Assembly: GCA_030917065.1 (NCBI GenBank)
Contig: JAUPVL010000033.1
Coordinates: 1 to 52,850, forward strand
Length of the DNA: 52,850 nt
Source of the DNA: Patescibacteria group bacterium
Lineage (GTDB): Bacteria > Patescibacteriota > Saccharimonadia > CAILAD01 > BJGX01
Direction: 5' to 3'
How positions within the stretch are numbered: position 1 is the stretch's first letter; each line of letters begins with the position of its first letter. Both the position numbers and the translations under genes were made by a program. Shown here one piece after another: positions 24,168 to 35,593 of this stretch. Below the pieces are notes generated by a model. It did not search any database and was not told the DNA's origin. It saw nothing but the letters and a program-made list of their open reading frames with translations.

Positions 24168-25679
24168 ATGAAAAAGGCTAAACTAATACTAATTTCGAGA
24201 GTATCTGATGTTGAGCAGCGTAAGGCGTTGCCAGCACAGAAACTTCGACTAGAAAATTATGCAAAAGAATTGGGCTACCTGCCTAAAGAATATGAATACT
24301 ACGAATTTGACGAGAGTGCATATAAAGATGACCGTCAAAAGTTCTCGCTATTGATAGAAGAGAAAATAAAAACATTAGACGACTTTGCCATAATCGCCTT
24401 CGACAAAATTGACCGCTTTACCCGTGACGCTTCTCAGCAAGAGGTACGTACAGTAGGTAGCTTAGTTGAAAAAGGCAAGATTGAGCTTCACTTTCCGTCA
24501 GACAATTTGTTCATCACGAAAGATTCACCTGCGACTGACCTATTTAGACTTGGTATAGGCATGTTACTAGCCAAATACTATTCAGATTCAAGCAGGGATA
24601 ATGTGAAACGACGTTTTGACCAGATGCTAAATGACGGCATATGGGTACATAGAGCACCTATAGGCTATAAGAACGTTAACAATGGCACGCCTCAAAAGCC
24701 GATAAAGGATATTGAAATCGACACGGAACGTGCACACTACATTGTCAAAGCCTTTGAAATGCGAGCTCAAGGCATACCTTACGAGGTTATTGCCAGAGAG
24801 TTAGTTAACAATGGTTTTGCCAGTAGGCGTGCTGGGGCTAAACCGCCAAACAAGTCGTTTATTGAGCGAATTCTCAACAACAAGTTTTACTATGGCGTGA
24901 TGGTTCACAAGGGCATAGAGTATCCTCATGAATATGAGCCGCTTATAAGCCGTGCCTTGTTTAACCAATGCCAAGCAGTCAAAAAAAAGCGAAAGCACGA
25001 TAAGACAAAATATGACAGCAAAGACTATACTTTCAAAAAGATTGTGAAGTGTGGCAAATGCGGGCGTGCAGTATCGCCATTCAAAAGCCGTAATACGGTT
25101 TACTTACGCTGTGCAAGCGGTGGTAAGTGTGGTAACCCTAATACTGCCGAAAGCCTTGTTATAGACGGTGTATCCGCTGATGTGAGCAACTTTGACGTGC
25201 CTACGGAATGGCTGGCTAAAGTTATTAACGAGCTGCGTAATAGACATGATAACCAACAACTGTACTACACAAAGAATATTGAACAAACTCGTGCAGAGTA
25301 CGACAAAATCAAAGAAAAACTCAAGCTACTCTACTATGACCGCATAGAAGGGCGTATTACTAAACAGTTTCATGACGAAATTGCAAATGAGCTAGAAGCA
25401 AAGCAGCAATCTTTGAATGATAGCCTCAAAATGCTAACAAGTGACAATAAGAACTTCCAAGTCACTGCTTCCTATCTGTTAGACTTGGCACAGCGTGCCG
25501 AAGAACTTTTCAATGAGAGCGATGAAGCCTTACAGCAGAAGCTATTAGAATATGTACTTTCAAACATTGAATTAAACGACAAAAAGCTGTCTTATTTACT
25601 AAACGACCCCTTTAGAACCATAGTTGAAACAAAGGAAAAAGCCCTTTCGGGCTCTAATAATAACATTTGGTGCGGGTAG
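24168..25679 (+). CDS. large serine recombinase (integrase)
   Basis: The protein has the parts expected of a large serine recombinase:
- An AAGGAG SD precedes the start.
- The resolvase catalytic domain reads LISRVSDVEQ with FDKIDRFTRD.
- The recombinase domain reads HRAPIGYKNV.
- The zinc ribbon reads CGKCGRAVS...YLRCASGGKCGNP.
- A long C-terminal coiled coil follows.

The last codons (tgg tgc ggg tag) overlap the 3' end of tRNA-Gly. Confidence 0.85.
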   Translation: MKKAKLILISRVSDVEQRKALPAQKLRLENYAKELGYLPKEYEYYEFDESAYKDDRQKFSLLIEEKIKTLDDFAIIAFDKIDRFTRDASQQEVRTVGSLVEKGKIELHFPSDNLFITKDSPATDLFRLGIGMLLAKYYSDSSRDNVKRRFDQMLNDGIWVHRAPIGYKNVNNGTPQKPIKDIEIDTERAHYIVKAFEMRAQGIPYEVIARELVNNGFASRRAGAKPPNKSFIERILNNKFYYGVMVHKGIEYPHEYEPLISRALFNQCQAVKKKRKHDKTKYDSKDYTFKKIVKCGKCGRAVSPFKSRNTVYLRCASGGKCGNPNTAESLVIDGVSADVSNFDVPTEWLAKVINELRNRHDNQQLYYTKNIEQTRAEYDKIKEKLKLLYYDRIEGRITKQFHDEIANELEAKQQSLNDSLKMLTSDNKNFQVTASYLLDLAQRAEELFNESDEALQQKLLEYVLSNIELNDKKLSYLLNDPFRTIVETKEKALSGSNNNIWCG

Positions 25680-25744
25680 GGAGACTCTAACTCCCGGCCT
25701 CATCCTTGGCAAGGATGCGCTCTAAACAACTGAGCTATACCCGC
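25668..25744 (-). tRNA. tRNA-Gly (GCC), non-canonical D-loop/T-loop
   Basis: The reverse complement reads gcgggta-ta-gctc-agttgttta-gagc-g-catcc-ttGCCaa-ggatg-aggcc-gggag-ttagagt-ctccc-tacccgc-a-cca. All four stems are perfect. The D-loop lacks GG (G18 U19) and the T-loop has A at position 56. Confidence 0.8.
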
Positions 25745-25866
25745 TCATCGAATCGCACACATACAGTTTCTCAAGTCTTTTATAAAAAAACTCTTTCAAC
25801 TTTCGTCGCGTTTCTCCTCTCAATTTTACAAATACTACGTTGGTTTGCAAAATTGTCAAAGGAATT

Positions 25867-25942
25867 TGGTGGCGAGACTCGGAATCGAACCGAGGACACG
25901 AGGCTCTTCAGGCCACTGCTCTACCAACTGAGCTATCTCGCC
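25867..25942 (-). tRNA. tRNA-Phe (GAA)
   Basis: The reverse complement reads ggcgagatagctcagttggtagagc-a-gtggc-ctGAAga-gcctc-gtgtc-ctcgg-ttcgatt-ccgag-tctcgcc-a-cca. There is one U-U mismatch in the anticodon stem. Confidence 0.85.
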
Positions 25943-26196
25943 TCATCAAAGATATGCTTAGATTTGCATACAATTAACTAGGTAATTGTATTCCAATTAT
26001 CGCATATCTTTTCCTCTCAAAATAGCAAACTTAGTTTACTATTTTGGTAATCAGAACAAAGATTAGCTCAAAATGAAATAACGAGAATAATCATACCAGA
26101 TTATAGGTATCAATTCCAGGTCTTTCGGGTACACAGAAAAACAGGTATAATATGCAATGTTCTATAGGTACTTTTGTATTCAAACACAGTATGCGT

Positions 26197-26270
26197 GGCG
26201 CGTTGGCCGAGTGGTTAGGCAAGGGTCTGCAAAACCCTGTACACCGGTTCAAATCCGGTACGCGCCTCCA
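26197..26270 (+). tRNA. tRNA-Cys (GCA)
   Basis: The acceptor pairs ggcgcgt/acgcgcc, and the anticodon stem agggt/accct carries loop ctGCAaa. It has a T-loop ttcaaat and an encoded CCA. Confidence 0.9.
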
Positions 26271-26282
26271 TGTAATATATTT

Positions 26283-26368
26283 GCGCGGGTGGTGGAACTG
26301 GTATACACGACAGACTTAAAATCTGTTGCTCATAGGGCTTGCGGGTTCGAGTCCCGCCCCGCGCACCA
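26283..26368 (+). tRNA. tRNA-Leu (TAA)
   Basis: The acceptor pairs gcgcggg/cccgcgc, and the anticodon stem acaga/tctgt carries loop ctTAAaa. It has a long variable arm, a T-loop ttcgagt and an encoded CCA. Confidence 0.9.
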
Positions 26369-26403
26369 GCAATTATTAATATTAAGTGTATAATAAGATA
26401 ATA

Positions 26404-27093
26404 ATGACAAGTTCTGAAGATCAACTAACTATTGCAAATTCTCTATCCCAAGGTTGGCAAAAAACCAAAGCCAATCTTTCAGTACTCATACCGAGTGTAT
26501 TGGTCTTGGCCCTAATATCGATAGTTTTTTCGACACTTAGAAGTATATTAAGTAATACAGGAAAAACCGGAGATCTATCAGAAGCCAATCTTTCAATGCT
26601 GGCTGTCTTTGGTATTTTGAGCCTGATTATATTTGTCGTAGAGACTGCCGTTCAAAACCTGACTTCTATCGGTTTTACCAAGATACAGCTCAATATACTA
26701 GATGATAAAAAGGCTCAGGTGTCGGATCTGTTCAAGGCTCATGGACTATTCTGGCAATATCTAGCTACATCCATACTAGTTGGATTGATTGTATTGGGGG
26801 GGTTGTTGTTGTTGATAGTGCCCGGTATAATCTGGCTGCTAAAATATCAATTTGCAATGCCACTTGTTGTAGATAAAAAACTAGACATAACAGAAGCCAT
26901 AAGAACTAGCGGTGAAATGACCAAGGGACACAAAGGCTGGTTGTTTGGACTCGCAATTGTGATGGCACTGGTCAATATTGCAGGCGCATTACTGCTGTTG
27001 GTAGGCCTGTTAGTTACTGTTCCACTCACTGCTATGACTTATATCTATGTATATAGACAACTCAGCTCAAATATCAAAGTAAGCCAAAAATAG
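26404..27093 (+). CDS. multi-pass membrane protein (unknown function)
   Basis: It has about 5-6 TM helices. ATG 26404 lies 9 nt after TATAAT (26389-26394), while the ORF is open from GTG 26386. Its overall architecture is similar to 28659..29393. Confidence 0.6.
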   Translation: MTSSEDQLTIANSLSQGWQKTKANLSVLIPSVLVLALISIVFSTLRSILSNTGKTGDLSEANLSMLAVFGILSLIIFVVETAVQNLTSIGFTKIQLNILDDKKAQVSDLFKAHGLFWQYLATSILVGLIVLGGLLLLIVPGIIWLLKYQFAMPLVVDKKLDITEAIRTSGEMTKGHKGWLFGLAIVMALVNIAGALLLLVGLLVTVPLTAMTYIYVYRQLSSNIKVSQK

Positions 27094-27130
27094 TTTGTGG
27101 TATAATACTAATCAATAAAGGAGAAATAAT

Positions 27131-27697
27131 ATGATCTTATGGGTAATACCAGTAATAATAGTCTTAATCCTCATCTGGCTTTGGGCTACTTACAACGGGC
27201 TTATCAAAGCTAGACTTAGAGCAAACGAAGCACTCAGCGATATCACAGTACAAGAAAAAAGACGACTCGATCTTATACCGAATCTTATAGAGACTGTTAA
27301 GGGCTATGCAAAACACGAAAAATCTACCTTTGAAGAAGTGACAAAAGCACGTACAGCTGTAATGAATACACCTGAAGACAACCTAAGTAAACGGGCCGAA
27401 AACGAGAACATGCTCTCAGGTGCACTCAAAAGTCTTTTTGCAGTATCCGAAAACTATCCAGACCTGAAAGCTAACGAAAACTTCTTGAATCTGCAAAATG
27501 AACTTACCGACACTGAAGACAAGATACAAGCCGCGCGAAGATTCTACAATGGAAATGTTCGTGATTTCAACATGAAGCTACAAGTGTTTCCTACAAACAT
27601 GATTGGAGGTACGCTCGGATTCAAAGATTATGACTTTTACGACGTATCAGAGGACGAAAAAGAAGCAGTCAAAAAGGCTCCTAACGTCAAATTTTAA
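27131..27697 (+). CDS. lemA: LemA family protein
   Basis: An N-terminal TM helix is followed by YNGLIKARLRANEALSDITVQEKRRLDLIPNLIETVKGYAKHEK and FYNGNVRDFN, typical of LemA. An AAGGAG SD precedes the start. Confidence 0.85.
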   Translation: MILWVIPVIIVLILIWLWATYNGLIKARLRANEALSDITVQEKRRLDLIPNLIETVKGYAKHEKSTFEEVTKARTAVMNTPEDNLSKRAENENMLSGALKSLFAVSENYPDLKANENFLNLQNELTDTEDKIQAARRFYNGNVRDFNMKLQVFPTNMIGGTLGFKDYDFYDVSEDEKEAVKKAPNVKF

Positions 27698-27714
27698 TTA
27701 TCTACATACCTGTA

Positions 27715-27742
27715 AAAGCAGCCTAATATAGGGCTGCTTTTT
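27715..27742 (+). terminator. intrinsic terminator after lemA
   Basis: A perfect 9-bp stem (aaagcagcc / ggctgcttt) carries an 8-nt loop and is followed by T residues. It lies directly upstream of the htpX -10 box. Confidence 0.65.
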
Positions 27743-27756
27743 GGTATAATACTTGT

Positions 27757-28658
27757 ATGTATTCTGAGATATCAAAAAATAAACGCAATAGTTACATACT
27801 GATACTCATGTTTTTGCTGGTGATTATAGGTTTGTGTTGGGTATTCTCACTCGCATATAACAACACCTGGATATTATATATAGGTGTCGGATTCTCAGTA
27901 ATATATGCTCTTATCAGCTACTTCAGCGCCGGGTCCATGGTGCTGGCTATATCCAAAGCCAAACCTATTGAGAAAAAAGACAACCCCAAGTTATTTCGAA
28001 TAGTAGAGAACTTGACCATCTCTGCAGGCCTACCTATGCCCAAAGTGTATATTATCGATGATTCGGCTCCAAATGCTTTTGCAACAGGTAGAAACCCACA
28101 GCATGGTGTGATCTGTGTGACTACCGGGCTTATCGATATGCTTGATAAATCAGAACTAGAAGGTGTGATTGCCCACGAATTGAGCCATATTGGCAATTAT
28201 GATGTGAGATTTATGACTCTTGTAGTAGTAATGGTAGGCATAATAGTGTTGATCTCAGATTGGTTTATTCGTTTTTCGATATTTTCGGATGACAGTGATT
28301 CTGGTGGCGATCAGTTTCGTTTGATTATGATGGTGGTAGGAATACTTTTGGCTATCTTGGCGCCTATCATAGGTATGATGATGCAGCTGGCATTTTCTAG
28401 AAAAAGAGAATATCTGGCAGATAGTTCAGCTGCACTGCTTACTAGGTACCCAGAAGGGCTTGCCAATGCTCTCGAGAAGATAGACAGCAATACTGAGCCC
28501 CTTGAAGCTGCCAACCGCGCAACCTCCAATTTGTACATTATCAATCCATTGAGAGATAATGTGAAGGGTGATAAGAGAAGTCGGTTTGCTGGACTTTTTA
28601 GTACACATCCGCCAACGGAAGAAAGAATCAAACGTTTAAGAGAAATGGGAGAGCACGC

Positions 28659-28662
<4 letters not shown>
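27757..28662 (+). CDS. htpX: M48 family zinc metalloprotease HtpX
   Basis: It carries the HELSHIGNYD zinc motif (HExxH), four TM segments, the downstream REYLADSSAA glutamate and a C-terminal THPPTEERIKRL. Confidence 0.9.
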
Positions 28663-31396
<2,734 letters not shown>

Positions 31397-31403
31397 GAGC
31401 ATC

Positions 31404-31784
31404 ATGGATGAAGAAAACAACAAACACAACGATTTAAAAAATATCAAGAACTCGGGTATTGCTGTAATTGTTTGTGGATCTTTATCGATAATATTGTCTC
31501 TTTTTATATTACTAATAGCGGTGTTACTTATCGTGTTTGATGATTCGACAACCTCAAGCTTAGACGCTTATATACTTTTGGCTATGGGTATAGTTTCATT
31601 TATCGTTTCCATGGTGGATCTAATAGCAGGTATTAGGATATATAGAGTTGCAAAAAACACAAAAGGTTGGGCGATATATCTTATATGTTCAGGTGTCCTT
31701 GGTGGATTATTAGGATATGTAATGCTGGGTGTGGGAGTATATGTACTGATGCAATTCAGCGCCAAAAAGATGTCCAATACATAG
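31404..31784 (+). CDS. small membrane protein (4 predicted TM helices)
   Basis: This 126-aa protein is hydrophobic throughout. No motif was recognised. Confidence 0.5.
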   Translation: MDEENNKHNDLKNIKNSGIAVIVCGSLSIILSLFILLIAVLLIVFDDSTTSSLDAYILLAMGIVSFIVSMVDLIAGIRIYRVAKNTKGWAIYLICSGVLGGLLGYVMLGVGVYVLMQFSAKKMSNT

Positions 31785-31850
31785 TTGCTGTTCGTTAATG
31801 CTCATGCTTGCAGAGTATGTATCCTATTAAGCTATAATAGATAATCGTAA

Positions 31851-31884
31851 AAAGGCACTACGGGGGAAGTGCCTTTTTGCTTTT
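31851..31884 (+). terminator. intrinsic terminator
   Basis: A perfect 9-bp stem (aaaggcact / agtgccttt) carries loop acggggga and is followed by tttgctttt. Confidence 0.65.
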
Positions 31885-31925
31885 ATACTCGATACAGAAT
31901 CATTTTTCAGGTATAATTAACTCAT

Positions 31926-32216
31926 ATGTCAAAACTTAGTATTAAAGATATCGAAAAGATAGCAAAATTATCAAGGATAGATATTGACCAAGATAGTAAA
32001 ATGAAGCTCGTTGATGAACTGAGCTCAGTACTGGATTTTGTGGATGATTTACAGTCATTGGACTTAGGTGGAATCAAGCCGGTATCGCAAGTCACAGGGC
32101 TTCAAGATATATGGAGAGAAGATGTGGTTGTAGATTGCAGCATTCCTAGGGACAAACTACTATCCAATGCACCTGAATTGCAAAACGGATATTTCAAGGT
32201 AAAGAAAGTGCTCTGA
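31926..32216 (+). CDS. gatC: Asp/Glu-tRNA amidotransferase subunit C
   Basis: This 96-aa protein has IEKIAKLSRIDIDQD...LSSVLDFVDDLQ, typical of GatC. It lies directly upstream of gatA, with TGATG coupling. Confidence 0.85.
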   Translation: MSKLSIKDIEKIAKLSRIDIDQDSKMKLVDELSSVLDFVDDLQSLDLGGIKPVSQVTGLQDIWREDVVVDCSIPRDKLLSNAPELQNGYFKVKKVL

Positions 32217-33655
32217 TGGCAGACTTATCAAACTTGTCCATACAAAAGACTCACTACCTACTCACCAGCAAAGAGACTAGTTGTGTAGAACTTGTCAAAT
32301 ATTATTTTGATCGGATTTCAAAATACGATGGACATCTACAGACAGTTATCATTCTCAATACAGATAACGCACTAGAACAAGCAAGAAATGTAGACGAAAA
32401 AATAGCAAAAGGTGAAAACATCGGACTAATGGAAGGGATACCTTATGTTGCAAAGGACATGTTTTTGACTGAAGGTGTGCAGACTACTGCTGCAAGCCAA
32501 ATCCTAAAAGATTTTATACCTCCATACTCTGCCACAGTTATAGATAAACTAAACAAAGCCGGATCTATCCTGCTAGCCAAGGTCAATCAAGACGAGTTCG
32601 CGCATGGCGGAAGTACAGAAAATTCTAGCTACCATAAAACCTTCAATCCTTGGGATGTAGAGAGGGTGCCTGGCGGTAGCTCGGGAGGAAGTGCAGCGGC
32701 AGTGGCTGCAGACTTTTGCGTTTTTGCACTTGGTACTGATACCGGTGGATCGATACGACAACCTTCAGCATACTGTGGAGTGAGTGGTATGAAGCCTACA
32801 TATGGTCTTGTCAGTCGATATGGAGTGGTAGCTATGGCAAGTAGCTTTGACTGTGTGGGGCCAATCGCAAAAGATGCAAAGGATGTATCAATAGTCATGG
32901 ACGTGATAGCAGGCAGAGATTCAAAGGATTCTACAACTATTGAATTAGATGATTACAATTTCACAAATGAAATTAATTTAGAAACGACAAGAGTTGGCTA
33001 TCTTAAAAGCTACGAAGAACTACTAAGCGACTCCATACAGAATATAAGCTCATCAGTGGGTTCGGTAGAATCCATACCAGACTCGGATTTCATTGATCCG
33101 ATAATGGCGCTTGCGGCTTATTATATTCTTGTTCCATCAGAGATCAGCTCAAACTTAGAAAGATATGACGGCATTAGATACGGACAAGTCACAAGTGAGG
33201 CAAAAGATATCGATCAGATATACTCGAAAACCAGAGATGAGTTTCTTGGGCCAGAAGTGAAGCGCCGCATACTAATGGGCACCTATGCTCTTTCTGCTGG
33301 TTACTATGATGCATACTACAAAAAAGCAATGCGAGTACGAAAAAGTATCATCAATACGTTTGATAATCTCTTTTCCAAATATGATGCTATCATTACTCCT
33401 ACGACCGTTGATCCGGCCTTTGTATTGGGTGAAAAATCTGATCCGATATCTATGTACAAAACAGATCTTCTAACAGTAGGCGCAAACTTGGCCGGTATAC
33501 CCGCCATAAGCATACCAACTAGTACTGTCGACAATTTACCGATGGGTCTGCAGATAATGTCAGCTCAAACAAAAGACTCTCTAGTATTATCTGTGGCTTC
33601 ACAATACCAACAAAATACTAGTTGGCATAAAAAAATAGAGGAGATAAATCTATGA
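32216..33655 (+). CDS. gatA: Asp/Glu-tRNA amidotransferase subunit A
   Basis: The amidase signature reads GGSSGGSAAAVAA...GTDTGGSIRQPSAYCGVSGMKPTYG, and the protein is 479 aa. Confidence 0.92.
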   Translation: MADLSNLSIQKTHYLLTSKETSCVELVKYYFDRISKYDGHLQTVIILNTDNALEQARNVDEKIAKGENIGLMEGIPYVAKDMFLTEGVQTTAASQILKDFIPPYSATVIDKLNKAGSILLAKVNQDEFAHGGSTENSSYHKTFNPWDVERVPGGSSGGSAAAVAADFCVFALGTDTGGSIRQPSAYCGVSGMKPTYGLVSRYGVVAMASSFDCVGPIAKDAKDVSIVMDVIAGRDSKDSTTIELDDYNFTNEINLETTRVGYLKSYEELLSDSIQNISSSVGSVESIPDSDFIDPIMALAAYYILVPSEISSNLERYDGIRYGQVTSEAKDIDQIYSKTRDEFLGPEVKRRILMGTYALSAGYYDAYYKKAMRVRKSIINTFDNLFSKYDAIITPTTVDPAFVLGEKSDPISMYKTDLLTVGANLAGIPAISIPTSTVDNLPMGLQIMSAQTKDSLVLSVASQYQQNTSWHKKIEEINL

Positions 33656-34125
33656 GTATTGTCTCTCTACTTCTGGCGATAGTAGTAATATCTGCCCTTA
33701 TATATTTATTACTCAAGCAAAAAGCCAACAAAAGTACCAAACAAAGATCTTATAAGCCTGATAGCTCAGGCTCTAAAGAAGATTCTATCTCTGGACAGCT
33801 CAATTATGATCTTGTCAAAACCAAGTGGGCGGATATCGTAGCTATGCAGAGTAATGGAGCATCCGGACTTAAGAATGCCCTAATCGAAGCAGATAAGTTG
33901 CTCGACTATGTGATGATTCACAAGGGGTTTAGCGGAGAAACTATGGGAGATAGACTCAAGAGCGGGGGATCGAGATTTAACAACCTCAATGGAGTATGGG
34001 CTGCGCATAAATTGCGTAATCAAATCGCCCACGAAGTTGAGCATGACATAGTTCCTGAGCAAATAAAGAACGCTATAGCTATACTCAAGAGCGCAATCCA
34101 AGAACTAGGAGTGACGGTACAGTAG
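33652..34125 (+). CDS. membrane-anchored protein with HEPN/DUF4145-like helical domain (tentative)
   Basis: It has an ATGA overlap with the gatA stop. An N-terminal TM helix and a Lys/Ser linker precede a ~105-aa helical domain containing AAHKLRNQIAHE, which is the R-x4-H motif (RNxxxH) typical of HEPN/DUF4145. Confidence 0.45.
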   Translation: MSIVSLLLAIVVISALIYLLLKQKANKSTKQRSYKPDSSGSKEDSISGQLNYDLVKTKWADIVAMQSNGASGLKNALIEADKLLDYVMIHKGFSGETMGDRLKSGGSRFNNLNGVWAAHKLRNQIAHEVEHDIVPEQIKNAIAILKSAIQELGVTVQ

Positions 34126-34144
34126 TGCTCATAAAACTTTGCTT

Positions 34145-35581
34145 ATGAATAAATACCAACCAACTATCGGAATAGAAATACACACCCAACTTGCTACCAA
34201 GAGTAAGATGTTTTGTGGATGTGATAATGCCAGTGTGGACGCTGAGCCAAATACCAATATTTGTCCTGTATGCCTCGCCCTGCCAGGAAGTCTACCGGTC
34301 ATCAATAAAGGCGCGGTAGAGCTTGCGATAATTATGGGTTTGGGCTTCAATGCCAAAATAGCTAAACACACGAGCTTTGATAGAAAAAATTACTTCTATC
34401 CAGACTCTCCAAAGGGTTATCAGATAACGCAAATGGACGAGCCTATTATTCAAGAAGGATATGTCGAGATATTGATTGATGGAGAATTCAAGCGTATTGG
34501 CATACATCATGCCCATCTAGAAGAAGATGCGGGTAAATCTACTCATCCTGCAGGAGCTGATTATACTCTTGTAGACTTCAACCGAGCAGGTACACCACTA
34601 GTGGAGATAGTTAGCGATCCGGACATGCATTCACCTATCGAAGCCAAGCGCTATCTGCAAGAAGTATATGCGATAGTGACAAGACTTGGTGTTACGCACG
34701 GTGATTTACAGCATGGTAATTTCAAATTTGATCTCAATGTATCGATTAGTAGCGATAGCAAACTTGGTACTAGGACTGAGTTAAAGAATCTAAATTCATT
34801 CCGCAACGCTGAGCGAGCACTGACGTATGAGATACAAAGGCAGATAGAAGTACTAGAAAGTGGTCAAAAAGTAGAGCAAGAGACAAGAGGATTTGACGAT
34901 ACAAAGGGTGTGACATTCTCTCAACGAGGAAAAGAATTTGCTCATGATTATCGGTATTTTCCAGAGCCAGATCTACCGCCACTAGTCCTTACGGATAGTT
35001 TTATTAAGTCATCGCAAGCTCATATTAAGGACATCAAGCTGCCTATAGACATTAGAAAGCAACTCATAGATGCGGGTTTGAGCGAAAAAGAGCAGGACAT
35101 CTTGATATCACAACCTACTACTTGTGATATTTACCTTGATGCAGTCCAAAAAACAAAAAATGCCAAGTCTCACAAGCAAGTACTCAACTTCTTGATAGGC
35201 GACTACCAAGCTTGGCTTAGCGACAACTTATCTGTCGAGTCAAAACTTACTGGCAATAACCTAGCTGAACTTATAAATCAAATAGATAGCGGTGCAATAT
35301 CTTCAAAAACAGCAAAGGATATTTTCCCTGAAGTCATACTGGGTAATTCTCCAGACAAAATAATAAAAGACCAAGGTATTACTCAGATATCGGATGATTC
35401 GGAGCTAGAGAACATCATCAAAGAAATCATAACAAATAACCCCAAGGCGGTAGCTGATTATAAGTCGGGTAACGAAAAGGCTTTGGGATTCTTTGTAGGA
35501 CAAGTCATGGCCGCAACCAAAGGTCAGGCGAATCCTGGTAAAACCAATCAGCTTGTGCTTAAATTATTAGGTGACAACTAA
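34145..35581 (+). CDS. gatB: Asp/Glu-tRNA amidotransferase subunit B
   Basis: MNKYQPTIGIEIHTQL...KMFCGC...NTNICPVCLALPGSLPV...HLEEDAGK are canonical GatB motifs, and there is a C-terminal GatB/YqeY domain. ATG 34145 is preferred over TTG 34139. Confidence 0.92.
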   Translation: MNKYQPTIGIEIHTQLATKSKMFCGCDNASVDAEPNTNICPVCLALPGSLPVINKGAVELAIIMGLGFNAKIAKHTSFDRKNYFYPDSPKGYQITQMDEPIIQEGYVEILIDGEFKRIGIHHAHLEEDAGKSTHPAGADYTLVDFNRAGTPLVEIVSDPDMHSPIEAKRYLQEVYAIVTRLGVTHGDLQHGNFKFDLNVSISSDSKLGTRTELKNLNSFRNAERALTYEIQRQIEVLESGQKVEQETRGFDDTKGVTFSQRGKEFAHDYRYFPEPDLPPLVLTDSFIKSSQAHIKDIKLPIDIRKQLIDAGLSEKEQDILISQPTTCDIYLDAVQKTKNAKSHKQVLNFLIGDYQAWLSDNLSVESKLTGNNLAELINQIDSGAISSKTAKDIFPEVILGNSPDKIIKDQGITQISDDSELENIIKEIITNNPKAVADYKSGNEKALGFFVGQVMAATKGQANPGKTNQLVLKLLGDN

Positions 35582-35593
35582 TCTATCTATCCC

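Larger units (their letters stand above)
19488..25679. mobile_element. integrative element (serine-recombinase type) with Rep-like, SpoVG-like and a resistance-type cargo operon; left boundary not determined
   Basis: A large serine recombinase sits at the right end, with its last 4 codons inside tRNA-Gly. The element also has a gene II/X-like Rep candidate, an HTH (excisionase/MerR-like) and an Erm-GNAT-kinase cargo. It is flanked by a tRNA cluster. It may extend left to tRNA-Val (16829). Confidence 0.65.

Noticed and set aside
25706-26424. ORFs 25706..25981 (+), 26157..26393 (+) and 26215..26424 (-).
   Set aside because: They overlap the tRNA-Gly, tRNA-Phe, tRNA-Cys and tRNA-Leu genes. Their open frames are a by-product of structured RNA genes and A/T-poor tRNA sequence.
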